Source: Deltaproteobacteria bacterium
GTDB lineage: Bacteria; Myxococcota_A; Polyangia; Fen-1088
Reading direction: 5' to 3'
DNA: 64,000 bases
Assembly: GCA_033763315.1 (NCBI GenBank)
Contig: JANRKS010000029.1
Span: 59,677-123,676, forward strand
The position numbers were made by a program, and so were the translations under genes. Below are positions 36,996 to 45,816 of this stretch, one piece after another. Position 1 is the first letter of the stretch. Each line of letters starts with the position of its first letter. The notes beneath the pieces are model-generated. The model was given only the letters and a program-made list of their open reading frames with translations, did not search any database and had not been told where the DNA came from.

Positions 36996-39233
36996 ATGGC
37001 TCACCGTCGCAGCATGCAGTTGGCAACCTTTCAGTCCACGCTCGCGATCTCTCTTGTTTTGCTCGGCGTTGGTGTGGCACGGGCCGCGGGGCCGACGGTC
37101 ACCTTGGGCCCTACGCCCGCCGCTTTGCCCGCGCAGGCCAAGGCGCCCTGGTTGGCCGTGGCACCTCCCACGTGGCCAGCCGAGCCGACGTTTGTTTTGG
37201 CGGATGCGAAGGTCTCGGCGAAAGCCAGCTGTTGGCTCGCAGCCACGAACGAGGCCTTGCTGGTTCACTTGGTGGTTGCTGATGACAAACATTACGGACG
37301 ACCAGGCGATTTGCTGTGGCAAGGCGATTTCGTGCGCATCGCTTTTGACGGCTACGCTGATGGCAGCCGTGGGGCTGCGCCTGAAACCGCAGGGCCGTTT
37401 GGCGTTGATGATCTAAGCCTCGGCATGGCGATGACGCCCGAGGGATCATTGGCCGTTGTGTTTGCAGGTGGATCGAAACTTAAGGGCAAGCTGGATCCGA
37501 AGGTGGCCCGCGTGGCTCGTGACGAGGCAACGCACCAAACGACGTACGACGTGCAAATGCCGTGGGCGGAGCTTGGCACCATGCCTGGCGTGATCCCGGA
37601 CGTGGGGCTGGCGATTCAAGTCAAAGACGTGGATACGGGTAGCGATGAAGCGTACCTGCGGTTTGGTGAAGGCACGCAGAACGTGGCTGCCGGTCGCTTT
37701 GCGCGCGTGTCAATCGGCGCGCCCCCGCAACCATTGATGGGCGCAGTGGCACTGGCGAACGAAGCGTGGCGTGGTGAGTTTGCACCAGTCGCTGTGTCGG
37801 GTGCGCCGGGCACGCGCATCAGCGCCCACGCGGGCAACACACGCCTCAGCGGCGTCATCGGCCCCGAGGGCCGGGCGCGGCTTCTTGTAAGCCCTGACGT
37901 TGTGGCATTGAAAACATCGGTGAAGGTGAAACTGCAGGGCAAAGGCGCAAAGCTTGAAAAAGAATTTGCGATCGAGAGCCCCGACGCCTTATTTGCGAGG
38001 CTTTGGACGCGCCTTGATGAATTGATTCCCACGGCCGCGCATCCGCTGTTCTTGCGCCACTTGCGTTCGGTGCGGGCGCTCACGCAAACCGAACGGGCAC
38101 GCGTTGACGCTTACCGCGACAACCCCGCGCGCATGCACGAGACGCTTGAGCACATTCGCTCGTTGATTGCAGGCTTCGAAGCGGACGCCGCGGATTGGCA
38201 CGCGTACCTTGATGGCCGTCGCAGCTTGCTGTTTGCGTTTGTGTCGAAACGCGACGCGAGTTTGCAAAGCTATTACGTCACGCTCCCCAAAACTTATGAC
38301 CCCGCAAAACCACGTGACGAGCAGCTGAGCTATCCCTTGTATTTCGAGTTGCATGGTGCGGGCAACGCGCACCCGTTGGCGTGGGTGGCAAGCCAACTGG
38401 GCGGCAAAGCCAAGGCGCTTGATCTGCTGGGATATGAATCACCCAAGGCATATGCGTCCATCGCGCGCGAGGGATACCACGTGCAGCCGTTTGGGCGTGG
38501 CAACAGTGGCTACCGTGACATCGGCGAGATCGACGTCATGGAAGCGCTGGCGGACGCGGAACAAACATTCAAAGTGGATGAGAGCCGTCGGTACCTTTAC
38601 GGCTTTTCGATGGGTGGCGCGGGCACGTGGGCCGTGGGCAGCCGCACGCCTGATCGCTGGGCGGCCATCGCTGTCTACGGTGCCAGCCCGGCGCCGGGCG
38701 CTGAGATCGGTTTGGCGCGCAACGTGCGCACCTTGCCGGTGTGGCACTGGAACGGCGATCAAGACAACCATGCGCATCGTGGTCACGCTGCGTTTGACGC
38801 GGAATTGCGTAAGCATGGCGTGAACCTTGTGAGCAGCGAAACGCCGAAGCTGGGCCACGTGTACATCGCCGAGAAACAAAAAGAAGGCGTGCAATGGTTG
38901 TCAACGTTTGTGCGCAAGCGGCCCGATAAGTTCGCGTTTGTCGCTGACACAGCAGAGCACCGCGGGGTTTGGGGCATCATGATGGATCGCGACGTGGGTG
39001 TCTCAAGTGCCCCTAGTTTCGAGTGCACCATCAGTGGCAATGAAGTGCGTATCGTGTCCGAAGGCACCAAGGGCCTGGAGCTTGAGCTTGGCGCACAGGG
39101 CCTCAACCTGAGCGGCGAGGTCACCGTTCTTTGGAATGGCAAACGCGTATATCAAGGTCCAGCAACGCACGTGTCGCTGCCCACCGGCAAGTCAGCGCCT
39201 GCAGGTGCTCGTAACCGCGTTGCGACGAATTGA
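36996..39233 (+). CDS. Secreted CBM9-like domain + alpha/beta hydrolase (esterase/S9-like)
   Basis: Signal peptide; LWQGD.V.I.FD and YDVQMPW (CBM9/DOMON-like); LHG, RRYLYGFSMGGAG (GxSxG), GDQD, GH. Confidence 0.82.
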   Translation: MAHRRSMQLATFQSTLAISLVLLGVGVARAAGPTVTLGPTPAALPAQAKAPWLAVAPPTWPAEPTFVLADAKVSAKASCWLAATNEALLVHLVVADDKHYGRPGDLLWQGDFVRIAFDGYADGSRGAAPETAGPFGVDDLSLGMAMTPEGSLAVVFAGGSKLKGKLDPKVARVARDEATHQTTYDVQMPWAELGTMPGVIPDVGLAIQVKDVDTGSDEAYLRFGEGTQNVAAGRFARVSIGAPPQPLMGAVALANEAWRGEFAPVAVSGAPGTRISAHAGNTRLSGVIGPEGRARLLVSPDVVALKTSVKVKLQGKGAKLEKEFAIESPDALFARLWTRLDELIPTAAHPLFLRHLRSVRALTQTERARVDAYRDNPARMHETLEHIRSLIAGFEADAADWHAYLDGRRSLLFAFVSKRDASLQSYYVTLPKTYDPAKPRDEQLSYPLYFELHGAGNAHPLAWVASQLGGKAKALDLLGYESPKAYASIAREGYHVQPFGRGNSGYRDIGEIDVMEALADAEQTFKVDESRRYLYGFSMGGAGTWAVGSRTPDRWAAIAVYGASPAPGAEIGLARNVRTLPVWHWNGDQDNHAHRGHAAFDAELRKHGVNLVSSETPKLGHVYIAEKQKEGVQWLSTFVRKRPDKFAFVADTAEHRGVWGIMMDRDVGVSSAPSFECTISGNEVRIVSEGTKGLELELGAQGLNLSGEVTVLWNGKRVYQGPATHVSLPTGKSAPAGARNRVATN

Positions 39234-39323
39234 TAGAGGTGGCATGGAGGCCGGCCGGCCGACCTGCTCGTTGGGCGACCATAGCCGATTTTAGGTACCA
39301 AACCATCTGCCGATGATCTGGCG

Positions 39324-40760
39324 ATGGGAAAGTTGGGTCCGACGCATCTGGTCGCCTTCCTTGCTGCCGTGGCGAGCTGCGAGCCTGGCACTGAGCGCAT
39401 TGAGCCTGAAGCCGGAGCTCAGTTAAAGCCGCTGTATGTGACGTTGGGTGAAGAACGCGCCTTCACGGGGTGGTTCGATAAGCTGCTCGATGACAGGTGC
39501 GACTTCTACCTTGACGGAACGAGATGCGTTCCGCATGGGGTGCAGCTCTACTTTCCAGATAGCGCCTGCGCGTCGGTGCCGATCGCGATCGGTTGTGCAG
39601 AGCTGAAGGTGGGTTTCTCGCAGCACCAGGGTCTTGACGGTATCTTCCGACTGACTCCCACGATCGCAGCGCCTGAGTTGCATTACAAGACTGCAGAGAC
39701 ATGCCAGCGGCTGCTCGGAATATCACCGCCACTGTCCAGTAACTTAGATCCGTTCGCATTGGCAGCAACCGTACCCCTAGCCCAATTGCCCGAAAGGCTG
39801 TCAGAAGATAGGGTGCAGCTCAATGATGACATCGATCTCATCGTGCGCTCGATGAGCGACGGCAGCCGCCAGCCATTGACCATGTTTGATCGAGTGAGAA
39901 AACGATCTTGTTCGCCACGATGGACGTCTGCGGGATACCGATGCATCCCGCACCTTGCGATGCCGCCTCTTCCCTTCGGCGAGGGCACCTTCTTGGATGA
40001 CTCATGCACCGTGCGTGCGCTTGAGTACGTCTGGGAGGAAACGGATCTCGTGGCAAGCGATGACGCCGGTGCCCAGAGCCCGTCCGAGGTTGCCAGCCCT
40101 TTTGCGGAGAGGCCAGTCTCGGTGTATCGGGTCGAACGCCTTGCAGACGGACCCTATTCGATCTTCACGCGCAAAAATGGCTTGTGTGAACCGTTGTACT
40201 CGAATCAACGCACGATTCATGCACCTTTTGCGCTCGGAAGGATCATCGAGAAGATCGATGCGTGGCAATTTCCCGAGGTGGCTCGGCCGCGTCGTGATGT
40301 CCTCTCGGATTCCACTTTCATGGTAGGCAATAAGATCATTTCGTTCACGAGCTCCGGCGCCTCGCTCTTGAGGCGAGGCGTAGGCGCGTGCACCATCCAT
40401 AAAATGGGTGATGGTCACCATGCGTGTTTGACGGTCCCTTCCCCGCCTTTTGTGAGCTTCATCAATGCCGATTGCACCAAGGCCTTTACGTTTGGGCCCG
40501 CGCTTCGGCCTTCCACAGATCGTGTCGTCGTGAAGTCGGATGCGGCCTCGTGGTGTCGCGCAACAACGTCGACTTTGTTTGGTGTGAGCCACCATGTCAC
40601 GAGTGCGGAACACACTGTCTACTTTCGCGATCAGTTGAGTGGCGCCTGCGTGACCGATCCCGTCCCTGTGAAGGCGGGCACCGAGTACTGGCAATTCGAT
40701 GGTGAACAGGCACTGCGCCCTGAAGATCTCGTCCTAGATGACGAGACTCACGAACCTTGA
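39324..40760 (+). CDS. Cys-containing repeat lipoprotein, unknown function
   Basis: Lipobox VASC; three repeats of form ...C........RC.P....F.D..C. Confidence 0.7.
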   Translation: MGKLGPTHLVAFLAAVASCEPGTERIEPEAGAQLKPLYVTLGEERAFTGWFDKLLDDRCDFYLDGTRCVPHGVQLYFPDSACASVPIAIGCAELKVGFSQHQGLDGIFRLTPTIAAPELHYKTAETCQRLLGISPPLSSNLDPFALAATVPLAQLPERLSEDRVQLNDDIDLIVRSMSDGSRQPLTMFDRVRKRSCSPRWTSAGYRCIPHLAMPPLPFGEGTFLDDSCTVRALEYVWEETDLVASDDAGAQSPSEVASPFAERPVSVYRVERLADGPYSIFTRKNGLCEPLYSNQRTIHAPFALGRIIEKIDAWQFPEVARPRRDVLSDSTFMVGNKIISFTSSGASLLRRGVGACTIHKMGDGHHACLTVPSPPFVSFINADCTKAFTFGPALRPSTDRVVVKSDAASWCRATTSTLFGVSHHVTSAEHTVYFRDQLSGACVTDPVPVKAGTEYWQFDGEQALRPEDLVLDDETHEP

Positions 40761-40811
40761 TCCCAGATTTGATTTGGGACGGTTGCGCGTGCCAAAAGCG
40801 CATGTTACATA

Positions 40812-40829
40812 CTGAACCGAATGGTTCAG
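40812..40829. promoter_or_regulatory. ArsR operator palindrome spanning its own start codon
   Basis: CTGAACC-GAAT-GGTTCAG (7-4-7) covers ATG 40821. Confidence 0.75.
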
Positions 40830-41186
40830 CAAGCGCAGTCTCTTCTTGATGCCACTTTTGCCGCACTCTCAGATCCCAGCCGTCGTGGCGTTTTAGAGCA
40901 GCTGGGGCGTTCCGACGCTTCGATCACGGAGCTTGCCGAAAAGTTTCACATGACGTTGACGGGCATGAAGAAGCACGTTGGCGTCTTGGAGCAGGCGGGG
41001 CTTGTCGTTACCGAAAAGGTGGGACGTGTGCGGACTTGCAAACTGGGCCCGCGGCGGTTGGAGCAGGAGTCTGCGTGGATCGAGAGATACCGCCAGCGTT
41101 GGGACGCACGCTTTGACGAACTGGATAGGGTTGTCCAGGAACTGAAACAGAAAGAGAAAATCGATGGACGCAAGAAACGAAAGTGA
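40821..41186 (+). CDS. ArsR/SmtB family transcriptional regulator
   Basis: LDATFAALSDPSRR, SITELA, KHVGVLEQAGLV..EKVGRVR. Confidence 0.93.
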   Translation: MVQQAQSLLDATFAALSDPSRRGVLEQLGRSDASITELAEKFHMTLTGMKKHVGVLEQAGLVVTEKVGRVRTCKLGPRRLEQESAWIERYRQRWDARFDELDRVVQELKQKEKIDGRKKRK

Positions 41187-41691
41187 ACAAATCTCCACCA
41201 AGCCTCTCACGACCGTAGAGGCGAAGTCGGAGCGTGAAGTCCTTGTTACACGAACCATCAACGGCCCCGCGCGCCTCGTGTTCGAAGCATTCACCAAATC
41301 CGATTTGTTTGCGAGATGGTGGGTGCCGAAGTCGTTGGGCTTGTCCCTGCTTTCGTGCGAGCTAGATGTCCGTGTGGGGGGCAAGTACCGTTTGGTGTTC
41401 GATCACGGTGGCAACCCGATGGCCTTTTTCGGCACTTATAAAGAAGTCACACCACCCATTCGCCTTTCCTGGACGAATGAAGAAAGTGGTGAGGGTGGGG
41501 CATTGACCACGGTGACCTTCGAGGAAAAGGCGGGAAAAACCTTGGTTGTTCTGCATGAACTTTATCCTTCAAGGGAAGCTCGCGACGCAGGTCTTGGCTC
41601 TGGAGCTTACGATGCGATGCCAGAAAGCTTCGAGCAACTGGATGAGCTCGTTGCCGCTTTGGCCACGGGTGTGGGAACACCTTCGACCTAA
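41164..41691 (+). CDS. SRPBCC (AHSA1-like) domain protein
   Basis: TRTINGPARLVFEAFT, DVRVGGKYR, GTYKEV.PP.RL. Confidence 0.92.
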   Translation: MDARNESEQISTKPLTTVEAKSEREVLVTRTINGPARLVFEAFTKSDLFARWWVPKSLGLSLLSCELDVRVGGKYRLVFDHGGNPMAFFGTYKEVTPPIRLSWTNEESGEGGALTTVTFEEKAGKTLVVLHELYPSREARDAGLGSGAYDAMPESFEQLDELVAALATGVGTPST

Positions 41692-41924
41692 CATCACAGC
41701 GCCCTTGGTCCCGACCGGCATCACTTTGCATGCAGGTCGGGCCGCTGCTGCCGATTCCCGCCAGCATCAGAAAACTGAGATGCGCCGTGGAAAAAGTTCC
41801 AGCCAACGCCACGAGATCGCCCCATGCGGGCAGGCTTTTCAAGTGTTTCCGAAGAGTTGCCGCTGTCGCACAAACTGGCCCGTAGCGTGCTTAGACGATG
41901 GCATCTCTTAGCAAAGGAGCGCTC

Positions 41925-42809
41925 ATGCATTTGAAACAGTCCTCAAGAAGTGGTTTTGCGAAAACATTCGGCGTCCTCGTCGCCTTAGGAATCGTGTCGG
42001 CCGCTGGTGGTTGTGGCGTTGTAGATCGGCAAGATGTTGTGGATCTCATCAAGAAGCACGACGACAAACCAACCCCACCCCCGCCTTTGGACCCATGTGC
42101 CACGGTCCGCTGTAAGGCCGGCTACCAATGCGTCGTAAACAAGACGAATCCACCACAAGCCGCGTGTGTTCCGGTTGACGAGCCCGCCCCCAACCCGTGC
42201 GCGGTGACCTTGTGCCCACCCAATCAAGTGTGTGTCACGTCGGAATCATATCCGCCGCAAGCCAAATGCGTGGCGCCTCCCGATGAACCAAAGCGCTGTG
42301 TGGCCACGACCGATTGTGCGCCTGGACTTCGTTGCAGCACCGAGCGTGGCGAGTGCTTAGGGTGTGGCGGTCCCAAGGGAACCGTTTGTCCTGCGGTGTG
42401 TTTTGGAATCTGCGAAAAACCAGAGCCCGCTGGCGAATGCCAAACGGATGCGGACTGCAAGCTGGTTGATAACTACTGCGATGGCTGTGGCTGCCTCGCC
42501 GTAAGTTCAACGGACAAAGTTCCGGTTTGCAGCGACCCCGTCGCGTGCATCGTCGCTCCTTGCCAAGGCAAAGCCGCTGTCTGCGCGAAAGGCCAGTGCA
42601 TGGTGCAGGAGTTTTCTCCACCACCGCCTCGCAAATGCATCACTGAAGTGCAAGGCGGTGAAACCAGCTGCAAACCTGCTTCAGTGTGGAAGCAATACGC
42701 TTTCGAAAGCTGCCAAGCAAAGGGCTTGACGCTCACGGCGTTGTCGCCCGGCACCCCCTGCGGTGGTGATAGCTCCCGCTACATCAAGTACGAGTGCTGT
42801 TCAAACTAG
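41925..42809 (+). CDS. Cysteine-rich lipoprotein with follistatin-N-like repeats
   Basis: AAAGGAG RBS; lipobox GGC; repeats PCATVRCKAGYQCVV...PPQAACV and PCAVTLCPPNQVCVT...PPQAKCV. Confidence 0.8.
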   Translation: MHLKQSSRSGFAKTFGVLVALGIVSAAGGCGVVDRQDVVDLIKKHDDKPTPPPPLDPCATVRCKAGYQCVVNKTNPPQAACVPVDEPAPNPCAVTLCPPNQVCVTSESYPPQAKCVAPPDEPKRCVATTDCAPGLRCSTERGECLGCGGPKGTVCPAVCFGICEKPEPAGECQTDADCKLVDNYCDGCGCLAVSSTDKVPVCSDPVACIVAPCQGKAAVCAKGQCMVQEFSPPPPRKCITEVQGGETSCKPASVWKQYAFESCQAKGLTLTALSPGTPCGGDSSRYIKYECCSN

Positions 42810-43684
42810 TGATGACGTGACGCCACATCGGCGTCCGTTTCTGTCATAACCGCGCGTGCAGACGCCGCCGCAAGGCCGCGTGGGTGGTGTTTGGTCATTC
42901 CACCCATCACGAGCTTCATGATCTGCACGCGCCCGAAGCGCGGCAAGGCGGAAAGCGAGTATCCGAGTAGCTTTGACAGCACGCCAGGTCGCACCGTGGT
43001 TCTGTGGCCAAGCGCGCGAAGGGTGGCACGTGCCACCGTTTTGGGATCAGGCGCCTTGCCCATGCTCATGTTAGCGCGCGCCGCGAAGCCGCTGGTCACG
43101 GGTCCTGGGGCACTTGCAAGGACGTCTACTCCCAAGGGCCGCATCTCCACGTGAAGGCCCTCGGCAAGCGACTGCACGTAGGCCTTCGTGGCTGCGTAGT
43201 TCGCGGCATAAGGGGTGCCTTGAAAGCCGACCAGCGAACTCATCAGCACGATGCCGCCTCTGCCGCGCGCAGCGAGACGTTGCCCCATCCGGCGCACCAG
43301 ATCTAAAACGGCGATGCAGTTGACCTCGATCATCCTTATCTCGTCTTGCAGGTCGGCGTTCACAAGCAATCCGCTGCCACCGAAGCCTGCCGCCGCCACG
43401 AGCAATCCAACATCAAGCTGGCGTGTCATGTTCATGATCGCATCACGGCCGCGCGCTTCGGCAAGGTCAACCGCCAGCACGCGGGCCTGCACCTGGTGTG
43501 CGCTCGCAAGATCGTTCGCAAGTTCTTCAAGCCTCGGCGCGCGCCTGGCGACCAGCACCAGATTCACACCTGCCGCAGCCAACTCGCGAGCAAATTGTTC
43601 ACCAATGCCATCTGACGCCCCCGTGACAACGGCCCATGCCCCGTAGCGCTGCAAGAATCGCTTTTGCCATGTGCTTTCGTTCAT
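42806..43684 (-). CDS. Short-chain dehydrogenase/reductase
   Basis: YGAWAVVTGASDGIG, catalytic S...YAATK; GGAG RBS before ATG 43684. Confidence 0.93.
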   Translation of the reverse strand: MNESTWQKRFLQRYGAWAVVTGASDGIGEQFARELAAAGVNLVLVARRAPRLEELANDLASAHQVQARVLAVDLAEARGRDAIMNMTRQLDVGLLVAAAGFGGSGLLVNADLQDEIRMIEVNCIAVLDLVRRMGQRLAARGRGGIVLMSSLVGFQGTPYAANYAATKAYVQSLAEGLHVEMRPLGVDVLASAPGPVTSGFAARANMSMGKAPDPKTVARATLRALGHRTTVRPGVLSKLLGYSLSALPRFGRVQIMKLVMGGMTKHHPRGLAAASARAVMTETDADVASRHH

Positions 43685-43721
43685 GAGCTGACGTCCTCCA
43701 TTCTCCGCAGTGGCCTCCGAT

Positions 43722-43791
43722 GTGACAATGTCACGTGACACTGTCTAGGTGTTTGTAGACAGGGTGGATCTGGGACTTGACATTGTCAAGT
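43722..43791. promoter_or_regulatory. Three TGACAnTGTC(A) operator copies in the SDR/TetR divergent promoter
   Basis: GTGACA-A-TGTCAC (43722-43734), GTGACA-C-TGTCTA (43735-43747), ACTTGACA-T-TGTCAAGT (43775-43791, contains TTGACA). Confidence 0.8.
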
Positions 43792-43813
43792 TGTGCCCGC
43801 AAAACTATCGTAA

Positions 43814-44413
43814 GTGTCTGATCTTCGGAGGGAAATTCTGGACGCCAGCGTGGCACTGGTGGCTGAAAAGGGCGTTCGGCCGTGAGTTTTCGCGAAGTGG
43901 CGCGCCGTGCGGGCGTGAGCCACCAAGCGCCCTATCATCACTTTGGCGATCACAAGGGCATTCTGCAGGCGATCGCCAAGGAGGGATTCTCCGCGCTTGC
44001 AAACGCGCTAGCCGCGGCGGCTTCTTCGAGCGGCGATCCGTTGGACGCACTCACAGCTTCTGGCCTTGCCTACGTTCGCTTCGCTCAACAGCACGTAGGG
44101 CATTTCCGCGTGATGTTTCAACACGACCTGGTCGACGTGTTTTCGGATCAACAGCCACTGCCAGAGGCAGAACGCACGTTCGGTGTGCTCATGCGCGTTT
44201 CCCAGATGGCGGTGCACAGCGGTTATGGCGCCGGCTTGACGGCGATTGAAATCGCTCATCTGTGCTGGTCATGCGTACACGGTTTGGCGAACCTGCTTGT
44301 TGAGGGCGTGTTTGATGCCCAAAGAGAAGCACAGCGGCTTGGACGAGCAGACGATCGTGAATCAAGTGGTGACCGCGGTGACGAGGCTGATGCGCGCGGG
44401 CAGCGTTCGCTGA
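43814..44413 (+). pseudogene. TetR-family (WHG-type) regulator with two compensating frameshifts
   Basis: GTG 43814 frame gives SDLRREILDASVALVAEKGVR, stop at 43883. The HTH continues in the -1 frame (SFREVARRAGVSHQAPYHHF...WSCVHG). Near 44311 a natural C-terminus (LMPKEKHSGLDEQTIVNQVVTAVTRLMRAGSVR*) resumes in the original frame. Confidence 0.8.
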
Positions 44414-44573
44414 GCTTTGAAGGGAACGTCGTTGGTCGCAAGATCCGTCGCCACCATGACGGACATCGATGGCGATCAGCGGCCTGCAGGGCAGAGCGAC
44501 TGCGGCGCTGATGAGTGCAGGGGACTCCGTTGCGCAGATTTGGGAAAAACCGTTAGGCGCGCCCTAAGGTGCC

Positions 44574-44598
44574 TTGACTTTGTACTCAGTACAAGTCA
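44574..44598 (+). promoter_or_regulatory. Toxin-antitoxin operator palindrome overlapping a -35 box
   Basis: TTGACT (44574-44579) followed by TTGTACT-C-AGTACAA (44580-44594), flanked by TGAC/GTCA. Confidence 0.7.
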
Positions 44599-44621
44599 CC
44601 ATTTTGTTTGCGGGCTGCCTC

Positions 44622-44957
44622 ATGCCTTCCAAGAAGCCCTTCTACGACCTGAATATTGTGAAAGAAGTTGCCCAGAAGAGGGATGGGCTTCTGTTGAGTA
44701 GGACGAAGGCCGCCGCGAGTTTTGCCACCTACACGACTGCTCTGGTTGAAGCGCGGAGGATGATTGATGCGCTGAGGGTGCAGGATTTCGTTGAAACCAA
44801 GGAACAACGAGATCGCTGCGACGTCTATGCCGTTCGCTACCGAAACCAGGGGTGGTACGTGAAATTTACGCTGTCTCCCGATCAGGTCCTTCTCATCTCA
44901 TTTCACGTTCTCGAATCAAAGATCCGCAAGGCATCCGGCCATTGGATAGAGCCATGA
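44622..44957 (+). CDS. MqsR-like type II toxin (RelE-fold RNase)
   Basis: PFYDLNIVK, DFVET, DVY, WYVKF, LLISFH pattern characteristic of MqsR; toxin-first order. Confidence 0.8.
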   Translation: MPSKKPFYDLNIVKEVAQKRDGLLLSRTKAAASFATYTTALVEARRMIDALRVQDFVETKEQRDRCDVYAVRYRNQGWYVKFTLSPDQVLLISFHVLESKIRKASGHWIEP

Positions 44958-45514
44958 AAAGCACTGCCACCAAGTCATCTCGTTGCGCTGAATGTGGAGT
45001 TGGAACGGTCGAGCCCAAACAAGCTGCGGGCCGTGAAACCCCCTACAAGACGCTCATCTTGCCAATCCCTTCCTCTGTGGGCATTCCCACTTGCGACAAC
45101 TGTGGAACAGAGTGGATCGACGACAGCACTGCTGCATCGTTGGATGCCGCGTTGGAGAAGGAATACCGGGCTCGTCTCAAAGCTTTGCTTAAGACCACTT
45201 TGGACAAGTCGGTGGTTTCAAAGGCCGCAATCGAACGGGCCCTTGGGCTTTCCCAGGGATACTTGTCCCACCTCACAGGGTCGGGCGACAAAGTACCGAG
45301 TGAAGCGCTCGCGTATTCGGTTATATCGATCGCTCAGGCCGGAACAAGCGATGTGGAGGCGCTGTGGACGCGGCTCTCTGGCGTGAGACCTCCCGCGTTA
45401 GGGAAAGCGCAAGTTGCGAAGAAGAACAGCGCTGCGCGATCCTCTGGCCGGACGGCCGGGTTGCGCGCCCGCCGCAGCTCTACCAAGGCGACAGCGACGA
45501 AAAGGGCGTCCTGA
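44954..45514 (+). CDS. MqsA-like antitoxin (zinc ribbon + HTH, basic tail)
   Basis: ATGA overlap; CAEC...CDNCG zinc ribbon; HTH SKAAIERALGLSQGYLSHL. Confidence 0.8.
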   Translation: MKSTATKSSRCAECGVGTVEPKQAAGRETPYKTLILPIPSSVGIPTCDNCGTEWIDDSTAASLDAALEKEYRARLKALLKTTLDKSVVSKAAIERALGLSQGYLSHLTGSGDKVPSEALAYSVISIAQAGTSDVEALWTRLSGVRPPALGKAQVAKKNSAARSSGRTAGLRARRSSTKATATKRAS

Positions 45515-45595
45515 GCCCACTGGTCCCTAAGTTCTCAATGTCTTGGGCCGTTGACTTCATAGCGTCCGTCTTTGCCGTGGCTTCTAGTCCACTCG

Positions 45596-45730
45596 GTGTC
45601 TCAGTGGGACATTGATCAACTGCGGGCGGCTGAGGCGAGGTTCAAATGGGCGGCTCGAACCTTTGTGGCGGCGGTGGCGGTTTTTTCGATCGGTTTGCTT
45701 GTGTTGGTGTCTCTTTCACTCTCACCATGA
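45596..45730 (+). CDS. Candidate 44-aa single-pass membrane small protein
   Basis: Manual translation GTG..TGA: MSQWDIDQLRAAEARFKWAARTFVAAVAVFSIGLLVLVSLSLSP; below the ORF-track size cut-off; no clear RBS. Confidence 0.35.
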   Translation: MSQWDIDQLRAAEARFKWAARTFVAAVAVFSIGLLVLVSLSLSP

Positions 45731-45816
45731 GCTCGCCTGATCTGTAAGCCAAAAAAGCTTGAGGCGTGATTACGATTCGCGGTAACCCCACGAACCCAGC
45801 GAGTGGGTGCCTCGCC

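Noticed and set aside
45638-45662. GGTTCAAAT resembling a tRNA T-arm or integration-site remnant
   Set aside because: No complete T-stem, acceptor stem, CCA or matching repeat.
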